From Aureliella sp. (GTDB taxonomy: Bacteria; Planctomycetota; Planctomycetia; Pirellulales; Pirellulaceae): a DNA stretch of 64,000 nucleotides. The first letter of the stretch is position 1. Each line of letters opens with the position of its first letter. A program made the translations under genes and the position numbers. The notes beneath the pieces are model-generated. The model had not been told where the DNA came from. It ran no database searches and was given only the letters and a program-made list of their open reading frames with translations. Of this stretch, positions 10,066 through 20,121 are shown in pieces. The stretch is taken from the NCBI GenBank assembly GCA_963691875.1, contig OY829846.1, forward strand, positions 3,072,001-3,136,000, in the 5' to 3' direction.

Positions 10066-12045
10066 CTAGGGGAGCTTGGGTACAACAGCTGGACGCAGCA
10101 AATCGACTCGAGACAAATCGCGTGGCGTTTCAAAATTCACTTGTCCCACAACCGGTAGCGTGGAAGAAGGACCGGGCGCATGTGTAGTATTCGCTCCAAA
10201 AATTTCATTGGGAAAAGTCTGGAACAGAGTGCCGTTTGCATGACGCAAATTGATCAAGGCCAGATTAAATGTCAGCTGTGCCTTCGCAAATTCATATTCC
10301 GCGTTCGTGACACGCTCTTGAGCTCGCAGCAACGAATCGAGCATCAATCCACCGGTTGAATCTTCGCCGGCCAGCTTTTCCCAACGAACTTCGATGTTCT
10401 CTACTTCTAGCTCAGCAGCTTGCAGCCAGCGGTATTTGGCTTTCAACTCTCCATGAGCCGTTTCGACTTCACGGACTGCGATTTCTACTTCCGCACGAGT
10501 CAGCTCCAGTACATTGCGGTATTCCGCTTGAAGTTGCTGTCGCTCGAGCTGGCGTTTGGTAAGTCGTGCTTTCGAAGCTCGACGACCTCGAGGCAGTCCG
10601 AATTCCAATCCGATCGCGTAGCTAGGCTCGCCGGTTCGAAACTGATCGACCCAAGCATTACCGAAGTCAGTATTACCGCGGAGTCCAGCTAGGTAGGATT
10701 CCGTGATTAGGTTGAGAACGGGCATGACTTCGTGACGTGCCATATTCAGCCGCACGCAAGAAGCCCGAATCGAGTTCATTGCTGCTCGGATTTCCGGGCG
10801 GTTCTGCAAGGCAGTTTGAAATTCCTCTTCCGGGTCACTCGATTCATAGGACAAAATCGGATGAACAGTGGGCAGCAGTTCTGTTTCACCACTGGAACTG
10901 GCGAATTCCGGTGCATTAATGAGAGCTCGGATGCGGGTTTCCGCGTTCTTAATCGCCGCCCAAGCTCGGATCAGGTCCGATTTGCGAGCTTCCACTGCAG
11001 CTTGGGCCCGCACAAGCTGTGTTTTGCCCGCGTCCACTTTCTGCCGCATCTCGAGCGTTTCAGCAATCTTGACCGTGTTCACATAGAGCTGAACACGTTG
11101 GGCCAAGCTGACTCTTTCGAGATACAGAGCCCAGTAAGCTTGAGCGATTTCGAGTAGGTGACTTTGCAACTGCCGCGTCGATTCCTGTTGAGCACTCTGC
11201 ACATCGATGGAGGCGAGTACTACCAAGCTGCGATTGTATTGCTCACCGCGGCCTCGCAAAACAGGCTGGGTGTAGCGCAGTACGAAACGAGTCGTCGCTT
11301 GATCGTTGGGAATGAAGAACGTGGAGTTGTTGTCCTGGTAGCCCCACTGCTGGAGCATCTCGAACTGACCACCGACACGATTCTTGCGGCGCAATCCGTA
11401 GTCCAAGTTCAGATCGTGATCGCGAAATCGATTTCCTCCGACGCCACCAATAGTTAGTGAGCTGCCGACGGGATCGCTGGTATCACGCCACATTGTATTT
11501 GCGAAGGTATTCCAATCGAAATCGGCATCCGCTTCAGTCACAGCGCTGCGTCGAATTTGGGGCATGAAGTTCGCAATTTTGATCCTGGCCGAATTGATCA
11601 GAGCGAGCTGAATCAAGTCATCAAGACTGGTCGGAATGACTCGAGCAGTAGACGAAATAGGTTGCGAAGCCTCTGCTTGCCACCATGGCTTCTCCATCCG
11701 CCCAACTGGTTGCTGAATTGTGCTGCTAACCTGCTTCAGAATCTCGGCAATGCTCCATCGATCGCGTCCTCCCACACGCCCATCTGCAGCGGGGGAAGCG
11801 TGCATGGGTAAGGTCTGAGTCAGCAGATGGGGGGCTGTGCCGGTTGCTGTTCCTGCTTGCAAAACGTCCTTAGACTGTGCGGGGGAGATCGCGGCCAAGC
11901 TGCCTAGCAGAGCTATGCTCAGGCTGAATTGCTGTAACCAATCGAACATTTTGAGCATCCGTGCCATCAACATTGCTAGCACTCCTACAACCGAATGCCA
12001 TCCACCTTGTGGATCGGGCGTCATCCACGCATCACTTGGGTTCAA
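10066..12045 (-). CDS. TolC-family outer membrane efflux protein (true start probably slightly downstream)
   Basis: SLDDLIQLALINS, EADADFDW, YTQPVLRGRG, IAQAYWAL, ALQNRPEI, MPVLNL, LDSLLRAQ: two OEP repeats. Confidence 0.88.
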   Translation of the reverse strand: MNPSDAWMTPDPQGGWHSVVGVLAMLMARMLKMFDWLQQFSLSIALLGSLAAISPAQSKDVLQAGTATGTAPHLLTQTLPMHASPAADGRVGGRDRWSIAEILKQVSSTIQQPVGRMEKPWWQAEASQPISSTARVIPTSLDDLIQLALINSARIKIANFMPQIRRSAVTEADADFDWNTFANTMWRDTSDPVGSSLTIGGVGGNRFRDHDLNLDYGLRRKNRVGGQFEMLQQWGYQDNNSTFFIPNDQATTRFVLRYTQPVLRGRGEQYNRSLVVLASIDVQSAQQESTRQLQSHLLEIAQAYWALYLERVSLAQRVQLYVNTVKIAETLEMRQKVDAGKTQLVRAQAAVEARKSDLIRAWAAIKNAETRIRALINAPEFASSSGETELLPTVHPILSYESSDPEEEFQTALQNRPEIRAAMNSIRASCVRLNMARHEVMPVLNLITESYLAGLRGNTDFGNAWVDQFRTGEPSYAIGLEFGLPRGRRASKARLTKRQLERQQLQAEYRNVLELTRAEVEIAVREVETAHGELKAKYRWLQAAELEVENIEVRWEKLAGEDSTGGLMLDSLLRAQERVTNAEYEFAKAQLTFNLALINLRHANGTLFQTFPNEIFGANTTHAPGPSSTLPVVGQVNFETPRDLSRVDLLRPAVVPKLP

Positions 12046-12215
12046 TAGTTAGATGCGAGACAACCGGCACAACCGTCAAGCCTCGCCAAAGATGGGCAAG
12101 TAAATCCCCCCTGTAAACGCTTCAGTCGCAGCAACAGCTCTTAGACTTCACACGAGGCATTTTGCCGGAACCAGATTCAAATTATTGTCAGTCACCTTGC
12201 CCCAACAGACTAGCA

Positions 12216-15200
12216 ATGAAAAAACAGCAGCCTACTTGTGGATTGCCACAGCGCACGATGGAACGTCTCGAGGATCGAATTCTTTTTGACGCAGTGCCCG
12301 ATGGAGTAGTTCTTTTTCCCGCCGATGTCCCGCCGGATTCACCGCCACTACCCCCGGGTTTGCCAGAGCAGAGTGAGGAGCTTCATCAACCTGAGCAACC
12401 GCAACAGGCGGATGGAACGCGAGAGCTGATTCTAGTCGATGCAAACGTGGCAGACGCCAATGCATTGCTCAACAAGCTGCTGCAATCACGAGAAGGTAGC
12501 TCATTTGAAGTGCGGTTGCTGGATGCAAATTCTGATGGAGTCGCTCAGATCGGCTCGATATTATCTAGTCAGGAAGATGCACCCTATTCTGCCGTTCACA
12601 TTCTGTCTCATGGTGGTGACGGAATGCTGCAGCTTGGTAGCACCGTGCTTTCTGATCAGAATTTCTCCAAGCACTCAACCGGTATCCGTAGTTGGTCACA
12701 GGGATTGCGTGCCAGTGGCGATGTTTTGTTCTATGGCTGCGATCTTGCCAGCGGGCAGATAGGGCAAGAGCTGCTTACAAACCTGCAGCAAGCCATCGGA
12801 GCTGACGTGGCAGCTTCATCTGATCTCACTGGGCACCGTGACCTCGGCGGCGACTGGGATCTTGAGTTTCAGATAGGCCAGATCGAAACGGAGGAAGTCA
12901 GCGTTCGCGATTACTTCAACACTCTGAATGTGTTCACTATCCAAGCCGATACGCCAGTCACCGTCGACGGCGACGGAGGCGTCGGAACGACGGGTAAATG
13001 GAGCAATGCTGGCTTCGTCGATACGGACTCGACGGTGGACGCCGATGGTGACGGGGACTTTGAAAATGACGCTGACATGGCTGTGGACGTGGTCGCCACC
13101 GTCATTGGAGTTACGGGTACAGCTTCCGTTGATTTCCAAACTGTTTCGACCACGGATCCTCTCCGCGACGACATGCGCGCCCGGATCTCCGGCGACGGAA
13201 CGGCAACCATCCGCTGGGAGATCTTTGAGGCTGGAAAGATAAACAAACCAACTGAAGGGAAGATTGGTCTTACGATCTCAGATATCGATGGTTCTGGAGG
13301 TCCCGAAACAGTCGAAGGGGTGGCGGCGTCTTTGCACAACCTTTCATCATATACCCTTCAGAGCCCTACTAATCTTGATATCGAAATAGAGGACAACTTC
13401 CTTGTCGCGCAGGGAACGCAAAATCAGAATGACGAACGGCCAAGCTGGGTCCGTTTCGACTGGGCTACTGCCAACGAACTTGTGCTAACTTACTACGTCT
13501 ATGGCAACGGCACGCGATTCTTCAATCACGATGGCGATGGGGACTTGGTGTTTACCAACCCCAACACCAATTTCACTCAAGGTATCGATCTTGACACAGA
13601 CGATTCTTCGGGGGCATCCGGCAGCAACTATCAAGCGACTTACATCGATGGTTCCATTCCGGGCGTCGACAACGATGTACCTGTTTCGGTCGCCGATGCG
13701 GATATACGAATCTTTGACTTGAACGACACCACGCTTCAAGGTGCAACCATCGTGTTGACCAATGCTTCAGCCGGGGATCAGCTGAACGTCAATGCACCGC
13801 TGCTGGTCGCACTGGGCATCAGTGCCAACGTGGACTCCAGCGACCCAACTCGTGTCGTAGTCACGCTTTCTGGTTCATCTCTGATCGAAAACTACCAGAC
13901 AGCAATCAAGTCCGTTAAGTATTCGAACGTCAACGCTACTTTTGACAAGAGCTATCACCGTGTCGTCGAGATCTTCGCGACCGACGGTACAAATGTTTCG
14001 GGTACCGCCAACACGACCATCAATTTCTCAAACGCAGTTAATGCGCCGACTGCTGCGGCGGATTTCTACGTCACTAGTGAAGATGCAGGCGGACTGAGCA
14101 TCGATGAAGCCAACGGCCTACTAGCTAATGACGACGACCCGCAGGGTGACTCGATTACGGTGATTGGTGCGAGAGATTCGGGTGGAAACCTACTAATACT
14201 TGATTCGATCCATACTTTGCCAAGCGGCAGCACGATTCTCCTGCGAGCCGACGGTAGTTTCGACTACACTCCCGCAGCTCACTTCAGCGGAGCCGAGTTC
14301 ATTAACTACGACATTTCTGATGCGGGTGGGAACACCGCCACTTCGTTTTTGACGATCAACACCAAACCAATCGCTGATGTCCCAGTTCTATCAACTTCCT
14401 ACACAGCCACCACCGTCAACGAAGACGAATGGAGCGCGCAGCTCTACGTCAGCATTGCAACGCCGGATAGCGATGGGTCGGAAACACTGAAACTCGTAGT
14501 GAGCGGCATTCCTGCTGGTGCTTCGATTACCGACGGAACCAACACATTCGTGGCTGGGGCGACGTCTAGCGTTGATGTTTCCAGCTGGGATCTGACTCGT
14601 CTGCAGTTTCGCGCAGCCAGCCATTCCGACGTCGACCATGTACTGACTCTGACGCTCACGAGCTCCGAAGCTAACGGAGACTCGCAAACCGTCAGCCAAC
14701 TCGTCAGATTCGCCGTTGATGCCGTCGCCGATGCACCAACTGTTTCGACAGCCGACGCGCAGGGAGCTGTCGACCAGACCGTTAGTTTGGTTGGGCTGAT
14801 CAACGTAGCTTTGGTCGATCAAGATGGATCCGAAGAGATTACATCTGTCACGATCTCCAACATTCCAGCAGGAGCACAACTCCTGGACAATGGAGTACCT
14901 CTGGCAATCAACGCGGGCCAAGTCACCTTGACGGTTTCTCAACTCGCAAACCTTGCCTTTGGGCCACCAGCAAGCGTCACGGGAACTTATACCCTTCGAG
15001 TTTCGGCCACATCGGAAGAGACAACGCCCGAGAACATTGTTGCGACACGTTCTGCTACCTCGACGCCAGTTGATTTGGTGATCACGATCGACAACGTCGA
15101 CGACCCAGTCACCACGCACAAGGATATTGGATTGGTCGCGAACAACTCCACCGTCACACTTGCTGTTCTGAGCAACGATGAGATTCCAGACGGGGGCGGA

Positions 15201-18200
15201 CAAGTCACTCTGGTCGATGGGCGAGCGATCTCGATTGGGCAAACAATCACTCTTTCGAGCGGAGCTGGCACTGTTACTTTGAACTCAGATCAGAGCCTGA
15301 GCTTCACTGCAGCCTCGAGCACAAGTGGTACTGTTGAGCTCACATACCGAGCTGAGGACATGGATGGTGACTTCTCCATCGGAACAGCCTACGTCTCAGT
15401 TGCTGCACCGCTGGTGAATGATACGTCAAGCACCAAGGAAGACACTTCCGTGGCCATCGATGTCCTCGGTAACGATTCTACGTCAGTCTTGCCAAGTACC
15501 ATTACTTCGCAAACGGCGACCGACGGTACAAACGGAACAACCACTATCAACTCTGATGGAACGATAACTTACAGTCCCAATGCAGACTTCAATGGTAGCG
15601 ATAGTTTTACGTACACAGTAACCGGTTTGGCGGCAGGATTGCAGTATCAGTTTTTCGATGGCCTCGGTTCATGGAATAGCTTAGACGATATCCCGACTAT
15701 CGATCCTGACTACATTGGAATAGCGACGGACCTGGACAGCGCTGGATTAGCCAATTCTTTGACGGGCTCGAACACGAACTACGGCGTACGCTACTACGGT
15801 AAGCTGTACGTGGAAAATGCGGATAGCTATGAGTTCAGTCTTAACTCCAACAATGGTAGCCGAATTTGGATCAATGGCTCTCTTGTTACGGACAACAACA
15901 ATTCAGGCGGAACGACTTCCAACGTCGGTTCTGTATTCTTGCACTCGGGCTACCATGACATTCGAATCGAACACTATGACTTTGGTGGTGCTGCAGGTCT
16001 CATTGCGCGGATGAGCGGAGCGGACACTAGCGGTGTCTCTACCAATCTTCTTGCCTCAGGCCGAATCGGCTCGATGGTGGTGACTCAGAGTGCGACGGTT
16101 AATATCACGGTCGCGTCTGTCAACGATGCTCCGACCGCGGCTGACGATGACCTCGCAGCAACAGAGAATCAATCGCTAAGCGGGAATGTCATCACCGACA
16201 ACAACGGTAATGGAGCGGACAACGATCCAGATGGCGATGCCTTGACTGTTGGGGCCGTAGATGGATCAGCCGCGAATGTTGGTTCGAACACCGCAGGATC
16301 CAATGGCGGCACATTCAACATCTCTTCCGATGGAACGTACAGCTTCACCCCTGGCACGTCCTTCGACTTGCTGGCAGCTGGAGAAACAACCAAAACCAGC
16401 TTAACATACACGATCAGCGACGAACAAGGTCGAAACTCAACCGCTACGGTTGAAGTCACCGTCACAGGCACGAACGATGCGCCAACAGTTTTGGGTTCCA
16501 TTCCAACTCAATCTGGACAAGACGGCACGACGATTAGTCCGCTGGACGTATCGGGTTACTTTGATGACCTCGATGCGACGAATACCTTGACTTTCTCGGC
16601 GGGCACGACGCTGCCACCAGGACTCTCGATCAACAGCGGCGGAGTCATCAGCGGCACGATCGTTGCGAACGCTTCGGTCACCGGACCGTTCACGGTTACG
16701 ATCACGGCGAGCGATGGCACGGCGTTGATCAGCCAGGACTTTACGTGGAATGTGACGAACCCAGCACCTTTCGCACAGGACGACTCGGTCGCCTTGGATG
16801 AAGACACTCAAGTAACGGCGAGTGTCGCTGGAAATGATTCCGACCCAGACTCAGATGCATTAACTTTCTCGAAGAGGACTAACCCCGCCAATGGCACACT
16901 CGTTTTCCAGAGCAATGGGACGTACACTTACACCCCAGATACAGACTTCAACGGTTCCGATCGCTTTACCTACCAAGTACGAGACGCTGACGGTACTTCT
17001 TCGATTGCGACAGTCCATGTCACCGTCAATCCGATAAACGATGCGCCTGTGGTAGCCAGCGCCATTGGGAACAGAGCCAGCAGCGACGGCGATGTGATTT
17101 CTCTTGAGTTAGCTAGCTTCTTCTCAGATGTGGACGGTGATAGCCTGGATTTCTCGGCGACCGGTCTTCCCGACGGCCTGTCGATCAGTTCCTCAGGGGT
17201 CATCACTGGTACGATCTCGAACAGTGCTTCTCAAGCTGGTCCTTTCTCCGTGACGATCTCAGTTAAAGACCCAAGTGGAGAAAGCGGTTCGCAGTCCTTT
17301 CAGTGGAGCGTATCAAATCGGGCGCCCATTGCGACTGACGACAGCTTTTCCGCTATCGAGGACACTTTGCTGACAGGTGACATTTCAGCGGGCGACTCAG
17401 ATCCAGATGGGGACACAATCAGCTTCCAGGTCCTCACTGGCCCAAGCCATGGAACGCTCATTCTTCAGGCAGATGGTACATTCACCTATTCGCCGACACG
17501 CAACTACCACGGATCAGATAGTTTTCTATACCAAGTCCATGATGCAGACGGCGCCACCAGCTCCGCGACTGTCAGTATCACAGTCAACTCGGTCAATGAT
17601 CTGCCAACCTACGATGGAAAGATCATGACTCAGACGAGCCAAGACGGCGAAACGGTGAACCTGGACCTGAGTTCCCATTTCGCTGACATCGAAGGACCTT
17701 TGGTCTTCTCTGCAACAGGTTTGCCACCGAGGCTGAGTATGGATTTGGCGGGCAGAATCACGGGGATGATTGACTCAAGTGCTTCTGCCTCGGGCCCCTA
17801 TTCGGTTCAAGTTACGGCGCAAGACAGCAATAGCGCAACGGTGACTGCGACTTTCGAGTGGCAAGTCACCAATCCGGCTCCTAATGCAGTCGGCGATAGC
17901 TATGCGACGAATGAAGACAATCCCGTCTCAGGCAATGTTGGCGACAACGACACGGACGCAGATGGAGATTCGCTTACCTTTACTTTGTTGACGGGGCCCA
18001 GCAACGCTAGCCTGCTGTTCCACAGAAACGGAAGCTTTGTCTACACGCCGAATTCGAACTACAGCGGAGTCGACAGTTTCGTCTATCAAGTGCAAGACTC
18101 GGACGGAGCGACTGCAACTGCCACAGCAGTTATCACTGTCGGCGACGTCAACGATCCGCCCAGCTTCGATACTCCGCTGGCCGACCAAGCGAATTGGGAT

Positions 18201-20093
18201 GGTGACTTGATCAATATGGACGTCTCGGTGCATTTCTCTGATATCGACGGTAACAGTTTGAGCTTTAGCGCCACTGGGCTTCCGCCGGGAGTGACATTAC
18301 GGTCCAATGGCATGCTCACAGGAACTCTAGTTTCAAATGCTTCTCAAGGCTCACCGTACACCGTGATCGTTGCCGCAAACGATGGAAATGGAGGCACTGT
18401 TTCAGATACATTTGAGTGGACTGTTCAAAATCCGAGCCCCGTTGCTCAGGAAGACACGGGTTCGCTCAACGAGGATACGAGCTATTGGGGCGAAGTGTCG
18501 ACGAATGATAACGACCCCGACAGTGATAGCGTTATTTTTACAAAGCTCACCGATCCACCCAATGGCTCCGTGGTTTTCTTCAGCGATGGGCGCTACCAGT
18601 ACACTGGCGACGATAATTTCCAGGGGAGTGATTCGTTTACTTACCAAGTGCAAGATGCCGATGGTGCGATCTCGACTGCGACGGTTCATATCACTGTTTT
18701 GCCTGTCAACGACGCTCCTGATCAAAGGAGCAACCTTCTGGATCAGTCCTCGAGCGATGGTGACTCCGTTCTCATAGATTTGCGACCAGCATTCCAAGAT
18801 ATCGATGGAGATACGCTGACATTCTCTGTCTCTGCTCTACCGCCTGGCCTGTCTCTGGACCCAAGTGGGATCATCCAAGGGACCCTGGCAAGTCATGCAT
18901 CCGCTGGTGGACCGTATTTGATTAAAGTCACGGTTTCGGATTCGAACGGCGGCAGCATTCAGGCACGCTTTACATGGGATATCGCTAATCCTGAGCCGAC
19001 TGCGACGAACAATCACACGACCTCAGATGAGAATCAAGCCGTTTCTGGAAATGTCATTACCGATGACTCTGGCAGTGGCGTGGACTCCGATCTGGACCAC
19101 GATACGATGCAAGTTTCTGCTCTGAACGGTCAAGCAGTTTTAGCCACTGGTGAGGTTACTGGGAGCAACGGCGGACGCTTCGTAGTCTCGGCAAATGGCA
19201 GCTACTTGTTCTACCCGAGAACAGACTTCGACTACTTGGCTGTCGGTGAGTCCATTAACACCTCGATTCAATACACCTTACGCGACGCTCAAGGAGCCAC
19301 CTCCACAGCAACTCTTGCGATCACGGTTTCAGGCACCAATGATGCCCCGCGAGCCTACAGCAGCCTGCCGCATCGAGAGCACGCAGAAGGCACGCAAGTC
19401 GCTGTGAACTTGGGCAACTGGTTTGGAGATCCCGACCAGTCGGATCACACATCGTTCGAGATAACCGGACTTCCGCCGGGACTCACAGCGGATCCTAGCA
19501 CTGGTCTAATCGCAGGTGCGCTGGCAGAAGGCAGTTCGCAAGACTTTCCGTATACGGTACAAGTCACGGTGCGAGATGTGCACGGCGCCGCGGTAACGAG
19601 AAACTTTCAGTGGCGAGTCACGCCGACCTTCGCATTTGATGCGTTTAACAATCAAGCCGAATTGCAGCAGCGAATTGGTATGGCGACACAGCGTGAAGTA
19701 CTGCTTTCGCAACGCATCGATTCACTCGTGTCCGAACCAATCCTAGCTGGCTCGGCTCAGGCAGGCGCAATCTTGGTCGCTCGTATCTATGCTGCTGATG
19801 GTTCCATCCTTGGTGAAGTATCGACGCAGGCCGATCAAGCTGGGAACTGGAGTTTACAGTTCTTCGGCGTGGCGGCTTCGCAGCAGACACGGATCATTAT
19901 CGAACATGTTGCGAGCGAGCACAGCCTTATAGGCGAAGCGGATTTTCGTCTCGGCGAAGAGACATATCGCTCACTGCAGCTGGATGCGATGCATCGTAAC
20001 GCTCCGACGGCATGGTCGATTTTATCTGACGCGCCCGCTGCTGCTCTTGAGCAAATGCATCGCGAAAACAAGAACCCGCTATCATTCCTGTAG
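12216..20093 (+). CDS. Giant surface adhesin-like protein: LEPR-XLL motif, DUF4347, cadherin/Big_9-like and He_PIG-like Ig repeats, PA14 domain, unknown C-terminal domain
   Basis: MERLEDRILFDA; HILSHG...LFYGC...GADVAAS...GGDWDLE; many NDAP, DxDGD and GLPxGL repeats; PA14-like YGVRYYGKLYV...GSRIWING...GYHDIRIEHY. ORF is open from 12162. Confidence 0.9.
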   Translation: MKKQQPTCGLPQRTMERLEDRILFDAVPDGVVLFPADVPPDSPPLPPGLPEQSEELHQPEQPQQADGTRELILVDANVADANALLNKLLQSREGSSFEVRLLDANSDGVAQIGSILSSQEDAPYSAVHILSHGGDGMLQLGSTVLSDQNFSKHSTGIRSWSQGLRASGDVLFYGCDLASGQIGQELLTNLQQAIGADVAASSDLTGHRDLGGDWDLEFQIGQIETEEVSVRDYFNTLNVFTIQADTPVTVDGDGGVGTTGKWSNAGFVDTDSTVDADGDGDFENDADMAVDVVATVIGVTGTASVDFQTVSTTDPLRDDMRARISGDGTATIRWEIFEAGKINKPTEGKIGLTISDIDGSGGPETVEGVAASLHNLSSYTLQSPTNLDIEIEDNFLVAQGTQNQNDERPSWVRFDWATANELVLTYYVYGNGTRFFNHDGDGDLVFTNPNTNFTQGIDLDTDDSSGASGSNYQATYIDGSIPGVDNDVPVSVADADIRIFDLNDTTLQGATIVLTNASAGDQLNVNAPLLVALGISANVDSSDPTRVVVTLSGSSLIENYQTAIKSVKYSNVNATFDKSYHRVVEIFATDGTNVSGTANTTINFSNAVNAPTAAADFYVTSEDAGGLSIDEANGLLANDDDPQGDSITVIGARDSGGNLLILDSIHTLPSGSTILLRADGSFDYTPAAHFSGAEFINYDISDAGGNTATSFLTINTKPIADVPVLSTSYTATTVNEDEWSAQLYVSIATPDSDGSETLKLVVSGIPAGASITDGTNTFVAGATSSVDVSSWDLTRLQFRAASHSDVDHVLTLTLTSSEANGDSQTVSQLVRFAVDAVADAPTVSTADAQGAVDQTVSLVGLINVALVDQDGSEEITSVTISNIPAGAQLLDNGVPLAINAGQVTLTVSQLANLAFGPPASVTGTYTLRVSATSEETTPENIVATRSATSTPVDLVITIDNVDDPVTTHKDIGLVANNSTVTLAVLSNDEIPDGGGQVTLVDGRAISIGQTITLSSGAGTVTLNSDQSLSFTAASSTSGTVELTYRAEDMDGDFSIGTAYVSVAAPLVNDTSSTKEDTSVAIDVLGNDSTSVLPSTITSQTATDGTNGTTTINSDGTITYSPNADFNGSDSFTYTVTGLAAGLQYQFFDGLGSWNSLDDIPTIDPDYIGIATDLDSAGLANSLTGSNTNYGVRYYGKLYVENADSYEFSLNSNNGSRIWINGSLVTDNNNSGGTTSNVGSVFLHSGYHDIRIEHYDFGGAAGLIARMSGADTSGVSTNLLASGRIGSMVVTQSATVNITVASVNDAPTAADDDLAATENQSLSGNVITDNNGNGADNDPDGDALTVGAVDGSAANVGSNTAGSNGGTFNISSDGTYSFTPGTSFDLLAAGETTKTSLTYTISDEQGRNSTATVEVTVTGTNDAPTVLGSIPTQSGQDGTTISPLDVSGYFDDLDATNTLTFSAGTTLPPGLSINSGGVISGTIVANASVTGPFTVTITASDGTALISQDFTWNVTNPAPFAQDDSVALDEDTQVTASVAGNDSDPDSDALTFSKRTNPANGTLVFQSNGTYTYTPDTDFNGSDRFTYQVRDADGTSSIATVHVTVNPINDAPVVASAIGNRASSDGDVISLELASFFSDVDGDSLDFSATGLPDGLSISSSGVITGTISNSASQAGPFSVTISVKDPSGESGSQSFQWSVSNRAPIATDDSFSAIEDTLLTGDISAGDSDPDGDTISFQVLTGPSHGTLILQADGTFTYSPTRNYHGSDSFLYQVHDADGATSSATVSITVNSVNDLPTYDGKIMTQTSQDGETVNLDLSSHFADIEGPLVFSATGLPPRLSMDLAGRITGMIDSSASASGPYSVQVTAQDSNSATVTATFEWQVTNPAPNAVGDSYATNEDNPVSGNVGDNDTDADGDSLTFTLLTGPSNASLLFHRNGSFVYTPNSNYSGVDSFVYQVQDSDGATATATAVITVGDVNDPPSFDTPLADQANWDGDLINMDVSVHFSDIDGNSLSFSATGLPPGVTLRSNGMLTGTLVSNASQGSPYTVIVAANDGNGGTVSDTFEWTVQNPSPVAQEDTGSLNEDTSYWGEVSTNDNDPDSDSVIFTKLTDPPNGSVVFFSDGRYQYTGDDNFQGSDSFTYQVQDADGAISTATVHITVLPVNDAPDQRSNLLDQSSSDGDSVLIDLRPAFQDIDGDTLTFSVSALPPGLSLDPSGIIQGTLASHASAGGPYLIKVTVSDSNGGSIQARFTWDIANPEPTATNNHTTSDENQAVSGNVITDDSGSGVDSDLDHDTMQVSALNGQAVLATGEVTGSNGGRFVVSANGSYLFYPRTDFDYLAVGESINTSIQYTLRDAQGATSTATLAITVSGTNDAPRAYSSLPHREHAEGTQVAVNLGNWFGDPDQSDHTSFEITGLPPGLTADPSTGLIAGALAEGSSQDFPYTVQVTVRDVHGAAVTRNFQWRVTPTFAFDAFNNQAELQQRIGMATQREVLLSQRIDSLVSEPILAGSAQAGAILVARIYAADGSILGEVSTQADQAGNWSLQFFGVAASQQTRIIIEHVASEHSLIGEADFRLGEETYRSLQLDAMHRNAPTAWSILSDAPAAALEQMHRENKNPLSFL

Positions 20094-20121
20094 GCTATTT
20101 TTGGTAGACCTTACGGAATAA

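Noticed and set aside
14391..15242. 283-aa and other minus-strand ORFs inside the giant adhesin
   Set aside because: Antisense shadows caused by codon bias
16130..19620. Adhesin repeats as DGR template/variable repeats or a shufflon
   Set aside because: Repeats are strongly diverged at DNA level, and there is no reverse transcriptase or recombinase in the window
12216..20093. Classical RTX/T1SS substrate
   Set aside because: No GGxGxD nonapeptide array and no ABC or HlyD gene in the window
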